NCBI GenBank assembly: GCA_051294375.1
Contig: JBJCIZ010000744.1
Coordinates: 500,264 to 564,263, forward strand
Source of the DNA: Paraspadella gotoi
Taxonomy: Eukaryota > Animalia > Chaetognatha
Direction: 5' to 3'
Length of the DNA stretch: 64,000 bases
The position numbers and the translations under genes are program-made. Within the stretch, counting starts at the first letter, position 1, and every line of letters begins with the position of its first letter. Below, piece after piece: positions 1 through 12,600 of this stretch. Under the pieces are notes generated by a model. It ran no database searches and was not told the origin of the DNA. It worked only from the letters and a program-made list of their open reading frames with translations.

Positions 1-1384
1 TAATCAGTTTTAATTAATCAATTAAGTAAATAAATTAATCAATAATTAATTTAATTAGTATCAATCCGTCATCCGTGCCAATCTTAGCAAAAAGCTCCAA
101 TAACTCGTGATTGGCTGGTTGGATTGGAAAGTTTTGTGTGTGAGTAGGAAAGTGTGTGATAAAGCTGGATATAAAGTTTCGATGGAATCGGTGTGAGTGG
201 AATTAGTTTAAATGGAAAAACATAAGTCGAATTTACTAAAATCTTTTTACTTATTTTAACCAATAAATACTTCTAATTAATCAATAATTTGGATGGAATA
301 GATTGAGTTGAAATTTTGTGTGTGGGTAGGAAAATGTGTGCGAAGGTCTTGATATAAAGTTTCAGTGGAAACGTAACCAGTGGAAATGAGTTTAAAATGA
401 AAAAAAATATGAAGTCACATTACTTGAATCTTTTTATTTTATTTTAACCCATGATAGAAAATTTTTGTGCAGCCGGTAGGAAAGTGAAGTGAAGAAGCTC
501 GGTAAAAAGTTTTGACGGAATGCAAGTTGAAAAAAATTATGCAAGTTGAAAAAATGATGCAAGTTAAAAAAATCTTAAAGCATAAGGCATCGTCGCTATT
601 GCATAAAAAGAGAGAGAAGAGAAGAGACAAGAGAGCGTGAAGAGAGAGAGAGTGAGAGAGAAAGAGAGGAGTGAGAGAGGAGAGAGAGAGAAAGGAGACA
701 TAAAATAAAAAAATCTTAAAAAGAGCTCAAATCGAGCCAGAGAGCCCACTATCATAGAAAATCTAACTGAAAAAACCCGGGAAAAAAAACGAATGAATCA
801 TGCGAATAACGAATTATGATGTAATAGTAATTGATTAAGGGTAACTATAATTGATGATCGTAATAAGTAATTTATTGATGTAATCAGGAAATGATTATTC
901 GATCTCGATGATAATCAATTATTGAATGCGATGAATAGTCATTCCTGATGCGATGAATTGTCATTCATTGATAGCGATGATAGTCCAATAAAACAAAAAA
1001 TGCGTGAATCGAGCTGAAAGAGAGAGAAGAGAGACGAGAGAGAGAGAGAGAGAAAGAGAGACGAGAGAGAAAGAAAGAGATAAATCACGAAAATCTCGGA
1101 TGGAAAATATGGGATTTTTTTTTGTATTGAAAAAAAAGCGCGGAATAAATGGTAATAATAAAAAAATTTTAGAAGAAAAAAATAATCAAAATTTTCTCAA
1201 AAAAACAAACGATCACGCAGAGATCGGCAGAGAGGGACATGACACATCACAGAGAGCAAAAAGAGAGAGAGAGACAGCCCCTGCAGAGAAAAAAGAGAGA
1301 GAGAAAGAGCGAATATATAATAATTAAAGAGAGAGAGAGAGAGAACTCTACAGCCCCTTTACTCGTTAAAGAAATCAAGCAAGT

Positions 1385-1455
1385 ACCCATGGCGCTGACG
1401 TAGCGTGGAGCTTTTCCTCTACCCAAGGACCCTCCCGGGTTTCGCACCCTGTTCG
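1385..1455 (+). repeat. Degenerate, truncated tRNA-like head related to the heads of the twister elements
   Basis: tggcgctgacgtagcgtggagcttttcctctacccaaggacctcccgggtttcgcaccctg resembles 35815-35871 (A-box-like start, acccaa-gga, gggttcg..ccctg); no twister core follows. Confidence 0.4.
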
Positions 1456-1521
1456 CCGGGCATCGTTTTTTAGCATTAAAGTGAAGCCAACATTATATCT
1501 AAATTTTTTTGTAAAAGAAAA

Positions 1522-1578
<57 letters not shown>

Positions 1579-2058
1579 AGCTGAGAGAGAAATCAGAAGA
1601 AGCAGTGACCGGAGAAAAAGAGAGAAGAGAGCGACAATATATTTAAAAGAAAGAGAGAGACGAGAGCGACATATAATTTAAAACGTTTTGTTTTGTAAAT
1701 AAAACATACAAATACGAATATTGATATGAAAACATGAGAATTTTTAAAAGATCTTGAATCTTAGAACCATATATGAAATTTCCAACTCCCTTTGATAATC
1801 AAACACTTTCAGAAGCCATGATTGCAAAAAAAGCGGTGAACCGAAAGCTAAAACCGAAATCAAAATCGATAATAGAGGATATTTGATTTGGATAAAATGT
1901 AAACAAAAACATTTAATAACTGTCCTGACTCAAATTTTAAGGACATCGATGAGGACAAGCTGAATATTTAAATTATATTAATTAATTAAAATTAATTAAT
2001 TTAATTAATCTATTAATAATTAAATTAATTAATCTATTAATTATTAATTAATTGTACG

Positions 2059-2092
2059 GCAGATCCGACATTGTTTGCTCAAACTTTGTTTT
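2059..2092 (-). mobile_element. Terminus of a non-autonomous repeat (Helentron/DINE-like 'aacaagtttgagcaaacaatgtcggatctgc' end); sequence to its left is probably element interior
   Basis: Same motif occurs at 11646-11676 (+), 58530-58555 (-) and degenerately at ~58303-58340. Homology between the duplicated blocks (2090 vs ~9436) begins in a poly-T run at this terminus. Confidence 0.5.
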
Positions 2093-2311
2093 TGATTAAA
2101 GAGAGCTTTACAATTTTGCTGTTTTATCTTGCTATTCATTAGAACTGATAAACGATCACTTAGTATCATTCGGATTAATTTCGCTAGTAGTATAATTTAG
2201 GCTAGTCTGTCCTCATAACTAATCTCAGAATATGAGAAATGATTTTCGACATAACTGTATTCAACCAAAAAAACGAATGAAACATCTTGTTACAGAAAAT
2301 AATCAAGGCTA

Positions 2312-3510
2312 TCACAGTCTAGTCCCACCGCTTAGCTCAGGAACGGTGAGATTCAATTGTTTTCATGATTTCTCGGAAATGAAAGGGCAAATTCGCCGAA
2401 ACGAAAAACGTTTTTGCCTTTGTTCAGTTCTGGAAGAACGATTGTCTTAGCGTGCAGCTGCAGTGGGACGTGACGGGCCAATGGCTGACGGGTTTTTAAA
2501 GCCTGTGGTGGGGGGAATGTTATAACGAAATGTTTTTTAAACAAGAATTCTTAATCTCACTATTTAATTTCCTTGGTTTAAAAAAAAAACTAATTGTATC
2601 ATATCGGGTTATCATATCATCATCGACAACAACTTCTCCTTGCTGAAGGGCGGAACCAGAAATTTTTTGCGGCTTCAAATCGTTGAGATTAGAATATTGT
2701 GGTCGCCGACGACGGGCGTGTTGAGCCCGTATGACAAATGTGCGCGGACTTGATGCTTGAATCCGGATTCGGGTTGAACTTCGATGAGGGAGCAGCCAAA
2801 GTTTTCGTCGAGGACCTCGTACTGCGGAAGAGAAATGGAGTTGGGGGGGGGTGTTTAGGAAGAAAAAAGAGAGTATTGGGGTTGGTCGCTTTACTTTCTC
2901 TCACCCTCGTCACGGCCTTGAAGCCGGTCTGGCGCGGAGGGGCGAGTCGCTTCAAGTCTTCCTCGTCAAGTTCGTCTCGACGAGTTGCGCGGCGAAAGTG
3001 TCGGCGGTCATGGCGTCGCGAAATGGCGCTACAGTCGTGCGGAACCCGGCGTTTCCCTATTCATTTTATAATTAATTAATAATAAGTATATCCGCCAATT
3101 CTCCTCTCGCCCTCCTCTCACCCGGAATTCCTTCAACGGGATCTCGATGGTTCCATGAGGCAGAGTGGTTTTCCTTTGCAGATCGCCAAGTAGACCTTGA
3201 GCGCGGTCGAGTGGCGAAAGGCGCTTGACCCTCTGCGTGACGACGTCCGAGGCGGACAAGAGGAGAACTCCGGTGACTTCCCGGTCCAATCGGTGGAGAG
3301 GGTCAGCTTGGAATGACCCAAGGCTTCGGCCAGTTTTGGAAGGACATCGTCGACCGAGAGGCGGACGCCTGGACCGCCCTGGCAGGCGAGTCCATAGGGT
3401 TTGTCCAGTCCGACCAAGCCGAAGTGGTTGAAGACGACTCGCCGGCGGAGGAGCTCGAGAAGGTGATCCTCGAAGCCCACGTTAGATCCGCCACGAGGTC
3501 TTTGTATTTT
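2312..3510 (-). pseudogene. RPUSD4: Indel-rich duplicate of the 3' exons of the RPUSD4-like gene (probably uncollapsed haplotype or raw-read copy)
   Basis: 2090-3540 is nearly identical to ~9436-10901 apart from scattered 1-nt indels that break the frame. Confidence 0.75.
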
Positions 3511-3539
3511 CTACGGGAAGAGTGGCGTGGGAAGAGAGA

Positions 3540-6500
3540 ATCTGTAATTCTGAATGGAATTATGATTCTTATCGAAACCCCCCCACATTAGCCTTTTGTC
3601 TCTCCAAAAAGGCGAGACACCGCGCTGTGACCAGACATGTGAAACAGAAACAAAAGTCAAACGAAAAAATACTCTCCCGGCCTCAGCGGCAGCAGAGCTG
3701 CTGCAGGGCCCAGTCCCGACGCTGCATCACTCTGTCGAAGTGCTGCTGAGCCGGGGGAGCGTCACTAGTCCGGAAAACGCCAAAACGAAGCGCCCCATGA
3801 GACGTCCCTGCAGTAAAACCGGAAAGAAGGTCTGATCTCCGGACCAGTCTCCGGCCCTGAGAAGGACGCCGAGATCGACGCCGCGGGCGAAGGCTTCCGG
3901 AGACCGCCATGGCACGAGTAGATCCTGGCGGAGCGTCGACATTCGCCTCAAAAAGAGCGCCTTTAGGATCGCCGCAAACCGTTGAGGCGAAAACGGAGTA
4001 AAGGGCGGCGAAGGGGCGCAGAAAAGGAAAACGTGAGACGGCGCTAAACATTCGCGGACTCGGAAGCCACTCCTCAGAGCGCAATGGGCAACGCGATGAC
4101 GCCGGCAGGGCGTCCACCCTGAAGGACGGGCCCATGTGCCCAACGCGATCTGTCTTGGAAAGCTTGGACGAAACAAAACGCCCATGATCCGCGGCGAGCG
4201 AGCAGTGGGCCTTGATCACACTTGAGCGAAACTATCTCCGACGGCCTCTGGCCGAAAGCGAGTGCCAAAAGAAAAAAGAGAGAGAGCGCCGAAGAACGTG
4301 AGCGGGAGACGGCGGGGAGGGCGAAGTCCAAAACGCGTAGAACCAACGCCGCATCCCACGGAGGAAAACATCCGGCGAGTAGGGGGACTTCCGCTCGAAA
4401 GTCCCCTTGAGAAAACGTCGGACACGAGGGGGTGTTCCCCACCGAGTACGAACCCCTGTGCCGCAAGGTGGCCGAAATCGCTGGAGCGGTGAAGGTTCAC
4501 CGTGCTGTACGACAAGCCTAACCCAACGAGATGGGCTAGGTACTCCCCAACATCCTTCAGAGACGCATCAAGTCCTCGAACTTCTTACATTGAAGGAAAG
4601 AGCAGAAGGAGGTCCAGGCTCGAGCGTAACGATCTCGCGTCGAGCCTCTCCAGCTGTCGGCGATGATGTCGAAAGGCCGAGTCGCTGAGGTCGTCGAGGT
4701 CGTTCGCGCCGCCGAAAATCTGCCAAACGACCAGCTTGAGACGGTCGGCTTGCGCGGCGGAGATCCTGTGCTGAGGTCGATGACGGCGTCCTCCGGGACC
4801 GGAAGGCGTCGAGCCTCCAGAATCTTCAGGTTCAACAACGACGGAATCACTTCTGGGCTGACCAGAAAGGGGCGATCCAGAAGGAAGATCCCCGACGACT
4901 CCTCCAGCTTCCGGATGACGCTCGGGAGGAGAGGCAGGTGGAGGAAAGAGAAATGCCCGATCGAAGATCCAAATCTGGGCGAGGGCGTCCACACTCCGTT
5001 GGCGCTCCGCCTTTCCGAGAGAAGAAACGGCGCACCTGCGTCGAGTCCTTCGTCGCAAAAGATCGATGGAGGGAGTGCCGAAAGGTCTCGCAGATCTGAC
5101 GGAAGATCCGTGGAAGGAGATGCCCAATCCGCAACTAGGCGTCCCCTCGACGCCGCATCCGTCACCAAGTTCTCCTCTGACGACAGGTGACTCCCGGGTG
5201 ATACAGATCCCCAGGGTATGGGCGATCAGCAGAGACTCCCGGACAACCTCGTGTAGCTCCGTTCGAACGGCTGCACGTGCGCTGGAGACAGAGCAACGAC
5301 ACCAGCTGGTCGGGCCTACCAAAGGAGATTCGTATTTCTCAGAGAGCTGCCGAATCGAGAGAGGAAGATCTTCAAACACCATGAACTCCTTCACATTGAT
5401 ATGGTGATGGACATCTGCAGCCTCCCAGGTCCCCTGTGAAGCTCTCCCTGGGAAAAGGATGCCCCAACCCTCCTGCGAGGCATCCGTCGTCACTACGTGG
5501 GCGCAATCTTCTGGGGCAGATCGCCCACCGGCGCGACGCAGTCCTCCAGGCGAAGGCGACTGAACCACTCTAGCTCCTCCCGCGCTGAAGCGTCTAACAG
5601 CGGTTGGGGCGGATCGAGATCTTCTCGGAGTGTAGACGCGGTTGACGTTCCTTTGAATCCGGGCGGAGTGGCAACGGAGAAGCGGAACTGCGAGCCGTGG
5701 CCGCCGTGGCGTGTTCCGAAAACTGAAGGACTAAACGCGCCGGCGGGAGAGACGACGAGAGGAGTGAAGTCGCTAAACTCCGGATCGATTCCAACTTGGC
5801 GGCGGAAGCGAGATCTGATGAAGCTGACCGTCCCAATGAAAACGAGGAAATCGAAGGACTGATAGGAGTCAGGCTCGAACTTTCCCGGTGGAGAATGAAA
5901 CCCGCCTCCAAGAGCAGTTGGACCGCCTTCAACGTCGCTTGGTGACACTCCTCTTCGATGAGCCCAGGATGAGGATTCGTCGATATAGAAGAGACAACGA
6001 TGCCTCTCTGCCTCAGCCATTGACTAGCGGGCGGTTTGTCTTCATGAAGAGCCACGGGCCCGTCGCCAAACCGAAGGGAAGAACCTTGTACTGAAGATCC
6101 GACCCTTCCAAATGAATCGTACAAAACTTTCGATGCTCCTCGTTGAAGCGGAAGGGGGAGATAAGCGTCGCGCTAGGTCGATTGAGGCGCCCCAATCTCC
6201 CCGTCGAAACATCTTCCTGATGTCCTTGACCCCTTCCAAGCGGAAAACGGAGGTGGGAGAGAAAAGCGGCGTTGAGAGCTCAGGTTTGAGAATGGCCTCC
6301 ACCTCCATTCCTTCTTCGGTACAAGGAAGAACCTGGAGTAAAAAACCCGGAGAGGCCTCTACCTCCTCGATCGCACCCTTTCTCCAAGGCGGCGGAGATT
6401 TCCGTGCCGACCGCGTCGTCCCCTTCGCCGAAAGATGGCGTTGCGTCGGCAGGACGAGGAAGACGGTTGGGATCGCCTCCGATCGCGATCTGAAGCCCGA

Positions 6501-7820
6501 AATGTTCGTCAAAATTGGAGGGGTCGGCCCGACCTGACGAAATCCGATCTTGAAGAGGGCCTGCAGCGGACGAGGCGGGACTGCATCGGCAGAGAAACCC
6601 GTATTTCGCAGGCTTGGCTCCCCTGTCCTGCCCGTTTCCCGACTCTGGACGAGTAAGGCTTCTTGCCGCTCTTCCGCGGCTTGAAGTTGGACTTCGACGC
6701 TTTTGAAACCTTGACGACGTTATCAAAGAAAGCGAGGGGTGCGGCGGATCGATAAGGCGGCGTTGACCGCTGACGAACTTGATCCGAGCGATTTCCGAAG
6801 AAAAACCTCTCGGTGGGAGCGGCGTCCTGCAGCGCCCCACGCAGATCGGACGGCGCCTTCGACAAAACCGAACGTCGAACTTCCAAAAGCGCAGCGTTAA
6901 ACGCGGTTGCCTGGATGGACGAATATCGCGTAGGGGGGGGGGGCGAAGCCGCGAGGGGATCGCTCCACCACCTGATCTGCTGAAATACCCGCCTTGATGG
7001 CGTCCGACAAAAGGCGTAGCTCGTCGGCGACAAAAAGAGCGGCGTGACCCGACGCGCCCGCCTCCTGCATCGTGCGTAAATGTTGACGGTAGACAGGATA
7101 ACTGGTGTAGATAGCCGCTTTCGGAAGGCGGATCAACACCCGTCGTGATCTGGAAGTGGAAACGACGCCGGTGAGGCGTGGTCCACCCAACACGAAGGCG
7201 CGAGGTTTGCGGAGGTTTGTGCGAGACTCCAGCTTCTCGCCAACTCCCTGACTCCGAGACGTGGACGAAGCGAACGCATTTGCTTCGAAACTCCATCAGA
7301 CGGCGACGCCGCTCCTTGGCGGCGGGCTGCAAGGCGTAGAAAGGCCGATCGACGTCTGGGTCGGACCTCACCTCTCCATCTCCCGATGAGGTGTGTCCAG
7401 TCCCGGAGCTGGTGGCGACGCCGTGTGCCGTCCAGCGGCGAAGGCGAAGCGTTGCGTCTAGAGGCCGAGGCAGGAGCCCGTGGGCGGACTGCTCTCTGGA
7501 AGCGAAGGACTCGTCAAGGACCAGCGGCGAAGGGAAAGGCGGAAGTGAAGTCGTCCCGTTCGATAAGAATCACATAACGTAAGCAAAACGAGAAAAAATA
7601 GATTACATATCAAATCGAGGAAACCCCCCCCCCTTCTTTCTCTCTATCCACAAATATCCAGCAAAAAAGAAAATATTTGAAACTAAACACACACAGAAAA
7701 AACGGAAACCGAACCACACCCGCCGAGACCACCCACCCAACCCGGAGGCGAAAGGGGCGGCGGGCGGGAGAATGTGGGGGGTTTCGATAAAGAATCATAA
7801 TTCATTCAGAATTACAGATT
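3540..7820 (-). mobile_element. DIRS1-like tyrosine-recombinase retrotransposon (gag-like, RT, RNase H, MT-like, YR), frameshifted in this assembly
   Basis: RT motifs FRLEGVKDIRKMFRRGDWGASIDL and YKVLPFGLATGPWLFMK; RNase H VVTTDASQEGWG and HHHINVKEF; MT-like PSIDL..VDALAQ..FPP; YR SWRGSTRDRYARAW, LLALAFGQRPSEI, STRAMA. A ~50-bp inverted terminal repeat lies at 3540-3589 / 7771-7819. Confidence 0.9.
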
Positions 7821-8537
7821 CTCCTATTCTTAAAACCCCCCCCACATTAGCCTCAGTAAACGAGAAAAAAACGCGTGCGTGTGAACAAAAATATAAAAAA
7901 ATAAAAAACGAAAGAAAGAAAAAAAAGAGAAACAAAAATTTGATGGAGGGGCAAATAAAAGAATTTTGCAAACGAACTTCGAATAAAAGAACATCCCACA
8001 TTAACGCTCCCGGCGAAATCTTTCCATCTCCTGGCGAGCCGAATCCCGCCATTTCCTTGAAAAAAACCCGTTGAGGGCGGTCCTTCAAAAAATACTTTTT
8101 CCAGGCCTCCAGCCGTTTGCGCACGCCTCCCAGGGGCTGCGTGTAGGCTGTCCACCCCCCGAACCACACCCCTGGTGCCGGGTTGCGGCGCCCCTGCGCG
8201 CGCGGCCCGAGGCGCCGTAACCGAGGTAACGGAAACAGCGCCTAAAGCAGAGAGGGGTGGAGAGAAACACCGACCGGGGCGCGAGGCATCTGGCGACGCA
8301 GTGCGCCCACGTGAATCTCAGGGTCCTCAAACCCTTGTCGAAACCGAAGATTTCGTCGGAACTGCGATCGCGCGATCCTTCTCGAGATTAATCGCGCGAA
8401 TTCTTACGATCGTCGAAATAAAACCAAAGAGACGAGCGTGAAAGTTCAAAATTCGATATGGAAAAGAATAATATCGAAGGAAAGGCCCAGCCGATAATAA
8501 TCGAAAAAAAGCGCTAAAAATAAATCGAAAGCGACTG

Positions 8538-8562
8538 NNNNNNNNNNNNNNNNNNNNNNNNN
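8538..8562. other. Assembly gap (N run)
   Basis: 25 n characters. Confidence 1.
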
Positions 8563-9658
8563 TTCCCATTAAAATTTGAATTTGGTCGGCTACCGCTATT
8601 CAAAGCATGTCAACAAATAAATTCCTTTTTTTCTCTCTTTTTACTGGTTTAAATTTCACTTTTAGTCTTTAGTACTTTCGCGAATGTAATTTCTATTCTG
8701 TTATTTTTGCTCGAGGTTTTTGACGGAATTTTTTTTATTTTTTATAAACATTCAGTAAATGCGAGCAAGAGGTCTTTTTTTAAAAGTTATTCGAAAAAAA
8801 GTTTAAAAAATAAGTTACAAGTTTAAAAATTATATTTATTATAAGATGAATTGCTTGTACAAATTTAATTTTAAGAAATGATTATGAAAGACCTAGTAAA
8901 CACCTATAGTTTAGGCTATACAGGTTGCAAGGCCTGAAACTGGATGACACGTAATTAAGTATAAAAAGGCTAACACAGCGAGCTTCTACGAGCAGAAAAA
9001 CGCTAATAGAAAGAAGTGATGAAATTGAAAAACAATTACGAAGGTTTGATTAACGCGAAATTTGAAATCACAGTAGCAAAGATGAAATTATATCAACGAT
9101 AACAAATCTATTTGGATATATGTCCAAGTTTATCAATTTCTATAGTTTCTGTACATACTATATATACATGATCATGAAGTTAATGTACAATTTTTATTTG
9201 TAATTGTGATTGTCTAGTTTGTGTTTCTTGATTTTTATTATTTTCCATTATGTTCGACTTTTGAATTGTCCACACCTTCGATACCTCACATATTCATCTT
9301 AATAACTGAACTTCAATTTTCTATTACTATATTTTTTTAAATAAATCTATCGAAAAAAAATGGTTTGTGTTCTAACAGTAAAAAAAAGCTGTGAAAGAAA
9401 AGGGTTGGCCAACTTTATCTAATCAACGGTGACTTTTTTTGATTAAAGAGAGCTTTACCAATTTGCTGTTTTATCTTGCTATTCATTAGAACTGATAAAC
9501 GATCACTTAGTATCATTCGGATTAATTTGCTAGTAGTATAATTTAGGCTAGTCTGTCCTCATAACTAATCTCAGAATATGAGAAATGATTTTCGACATAA
9601 CTGTATTCAACCAAAAAAAACGAATGAAACATCTTGTTACAGAAAATAATCAAGGCTA

Positions 9659-12600
9659 TCACAGTCTAGTCCCACCGCTTAGCTCAGGAACGGTGAGATT
9701 CAATTGTTTCATGATTTCTCGGAAATGAAAGGGCAAATTCGCCGAAACGAAAACGTTTTTGCCTTTGTTCAGTTCTGGAAGAACGATTGTCTTAGCGTGC
9801 AGCTGCAGTGGGACGTGACGGGCCAATGGCTGACGGGTTTTTAAAGCCTGTGGTGGGGGGGAATGTTATAACGAAATGTTTTTTAAACAAGAATTCTTAA
9901 TCTCACTATTTAATTTCCTTTGGTTTAAAAAAAAAACTAATTGTATCATATCGGGTATCATATCATCATCGACAACAACTTCTCCTTGCCTGAAGGGCGG
10001 AACCAGAAATTTTTTGCGGCTTCAAATCGTTGAGATTAGAATATTTGTGGTCGCCGACGACGGGCGTGTTGAGCCCGTATGACAAATGTGCGCGGACTTG
10101 ATGCTTGAATCCGGATTCGGGTTGAACTTCGATGAGGGAGCAGCCAAAGTTTTCGTCGAGGACCTCGTACTGCGGAAGAGAAATGGAGTTGGGGGGGGGT
10201 GTTTAGGAAGAAAAAAGAGAGTATTGGGGTTGGTCGCTTTACTTTCTCTCACCCTCGTCACGGCCTTGAAGCCGGTCTGGCGCGGAGGGGCGAGTCGCTT
10301 CAAGTCTTCCTCGTCAAGTTCGTCCTCGACGAGTTGCGCGGCGAAAGTGTCGGCGGTCATGGCGTCGCGAAATGGCGCTACAGTCGTGCGGAACCCGGCG
10401 TTTCCCTATTCATTTTATAATTAATTAATAATAAGTATATCCGCCAATTCTCCCTCTCGCCCTCCTCTCACCCGGAATTCCTTCAACGGGATCTCGATGG
10501 TTCCATGAGGCAGAGTGGGTTTTCCTTTGCAGATCGCCAAGTAGACCTTGAGCGCGCGTCGAGTGGCGAAAAGGCGCTTGACCCTCTGCGTGACGACGTC
10601 CGAGGCGGACAAGAGGAGAACTCCGGTGACTTCCCGGTCCAATCGGTGGAGAGGGGTCAGCTTGGAATGACCCAAGGCTTCGGCCAGTTTTGGAAGGACA
10701 TCGTCGACCGAGAGGCGGACGCCTGGACCGCCCTGGCAGGCGAGTCCATAGGGTTTGTCCAGTCCGACCAAGCCGAAGTGGTTGAAGACGACTCGCCGGC
10801 GGAGGAGCTCGAGAAGGTGATCCTCGGAAGCCCACGTTAGATCCGCCACGAGGTCTTTGTATTTTCTACGGGAAGAGTTGGCGTGGGAGAGAGAGAATTT
10901 ATTACCGCAACGTCATTTGAGAAGAGGCGAAGAACAGACAGAGAGAGAACCCTTATCCTGGTCATTGTAAGTTCAGTTATACTCTCCTACTTTAAAAATG
11001 GAGTTGCCTTCGACTTTACCAAACTTACATATTTTAAACATAAATAAGTTATGAATATCCTCGTCGTTTCGAAGCTGAAATAAAAATTTTATTTAAAGAC
11101 GGGAAAGTTTTCATTTTTTTACAAGGAAAAAACCCTAAAAACTTGTTCATTTGTGCATTTTAAAAGATGCAATTATGCATTAATGATTTAAACAAAGGCC
11201 ATTCCAAAATCTTGTTCGTCATTATTTCCGCCCACAAGCTTTGTCCGATTTAAATAAGCAGAGAATCCGGTTTAATAATTCAAACCGGAACCATCGCATT
11301 GAAGCGAAGAGACGACCGGAAAGAATCGGCACAACATGAAAGAGAAATCCCGTTTCTAAACTCGTCGGAGGGAAAGAGGGAGAGATAAAAAAAAGAGTGA
11401 AGAGACAGTAATTATTGATAAGTGTTAATGACCGAACCGTTCAATATAAGCAGTTCCTGAGCTTCGGATCAGGCTGTAACACCATGTTACAGGCGGGTTA
11501 AGCGCCCCGTCCCTCTTAACTGCCAGACGACCACCGGGCTAGAACCCCGGACCTTTGGGTTGGGAGGCGAATGACTTGCCTCCGGCACCAATGGCCGCTG
11601 ATGAACGGTTGGTGGATTTTAGTCCACCATAAGAGAAACAAAAAAAACAAGTTTGAGCAAACAATGTCGGATCTGCCTACGATAATTAAGTGGTAATCAG
11701 CTGATCCGATGATAAATAATGACAACTCTTTCTGACCTTAAATTTGTGATCTTATCAGATTATATAACAAATCATAAGCAGATCCGACTAAAAAAAAACA
11801 AAAAAACGCAAACTCCTCGGCAGAGCCGGAAGTAAAGACTAACTTGGCGAGGCGGAACCGATATGAGAATAAGTAAAGACAGACCGACCGTTTTCCCTCT
11901 CCTCACCTGAATCCCTTTGAGTCGAACATCTTCTTGCCCAACTTGGCGGGAGGATAGAGGACCTTCTCGACGGCCGTCGCCGCTTCCCACTTGACCGACG
12001 GCGCCGCGACCGCCACCGACGCCGCTTCACCGTCGGTCGGGCCTTTAGGTTTGGTCCGCTTCCCCGTTGAGGAGGCGCTGGCCTTTGACGAGGGAGACAC
12101 GGCCTTCCCGACGCCGTAATCGTACTTGGGAATCACGCGTTTCGCGGATTCGTTTTGGTCCAAGTTGTTCATGAAGAGAGATCCTTGAAAATCGGTTTTG
12201 GACGAAGATGACGACGACGCTTCCTTCTTCGACTGCACATCACTAAATCGAGACTCCTTCATTAGGGATGACGACGACGACGCTTCCTTTTTCTTCTCAG
12301 GAGCGACTTTCTTCAACCCAGATTCCACCAATAGGGATGACATAGACGCCCCCTTCTCCACTTTCGACTCCATCTCGGCTCCGACGCCGCGAAAATCCGA
12401 GTTTTCCACGTACAACGAATCGAAGTAATTTAAGTCGGTCAACTCTTCCTTGATTCTGTCCGGCTTCGCCTCCCGATCAGAGCGTCGTCGACTCATATCC
12501 TCCAAGTCCGATTTCCAATCTCCCTTCAGCCTTTCGTCCGTAGAGACGAAATGTGTGGTGGACGTTGATGTCAATCCTAGTTGTTCGTCGAAAAAATTTG

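Noticed and set aside
1004-1681. ER-rich ORFs
   Set aside because: Translations of (GA)n microsatellites.
2090-3540. True tandem duplication of RPUSD4
   Set aside because: Near-identity with only homopolymer-type indels next to a gap indicates an uncollapsed haplotype or unpolished read.
10406-10445. Apparent GA-AG or U12-like non-canonical intron in RPUSD4
   Set aside because: A canonical in-frame donor (CGG|gtgaga at 10471) explains the junction.
10866-10965. Short alternative first exon MTRIRVLSLSVLRLF.. for RPUSD4
   Set aside because: In frame only with the indel-rich copy; the 13387-11907 exon splices in frame in the better copy.
11423-11629. Ordinary tRNA-derived SINE
   Set aside because: No A-rich or simple-repeat tail; sequence precedes the tRNA head; TG..CA ends with 4-bp TSDs fit integrase-type insertion better.
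11597-11640. Hammerhead ribozyme (ctgatga...hairpin...gaaac)
   Set aside because: Spacing to stem II is wrong, stems I/III cannot form, and gaaac lies outside the TSD-bounded element.
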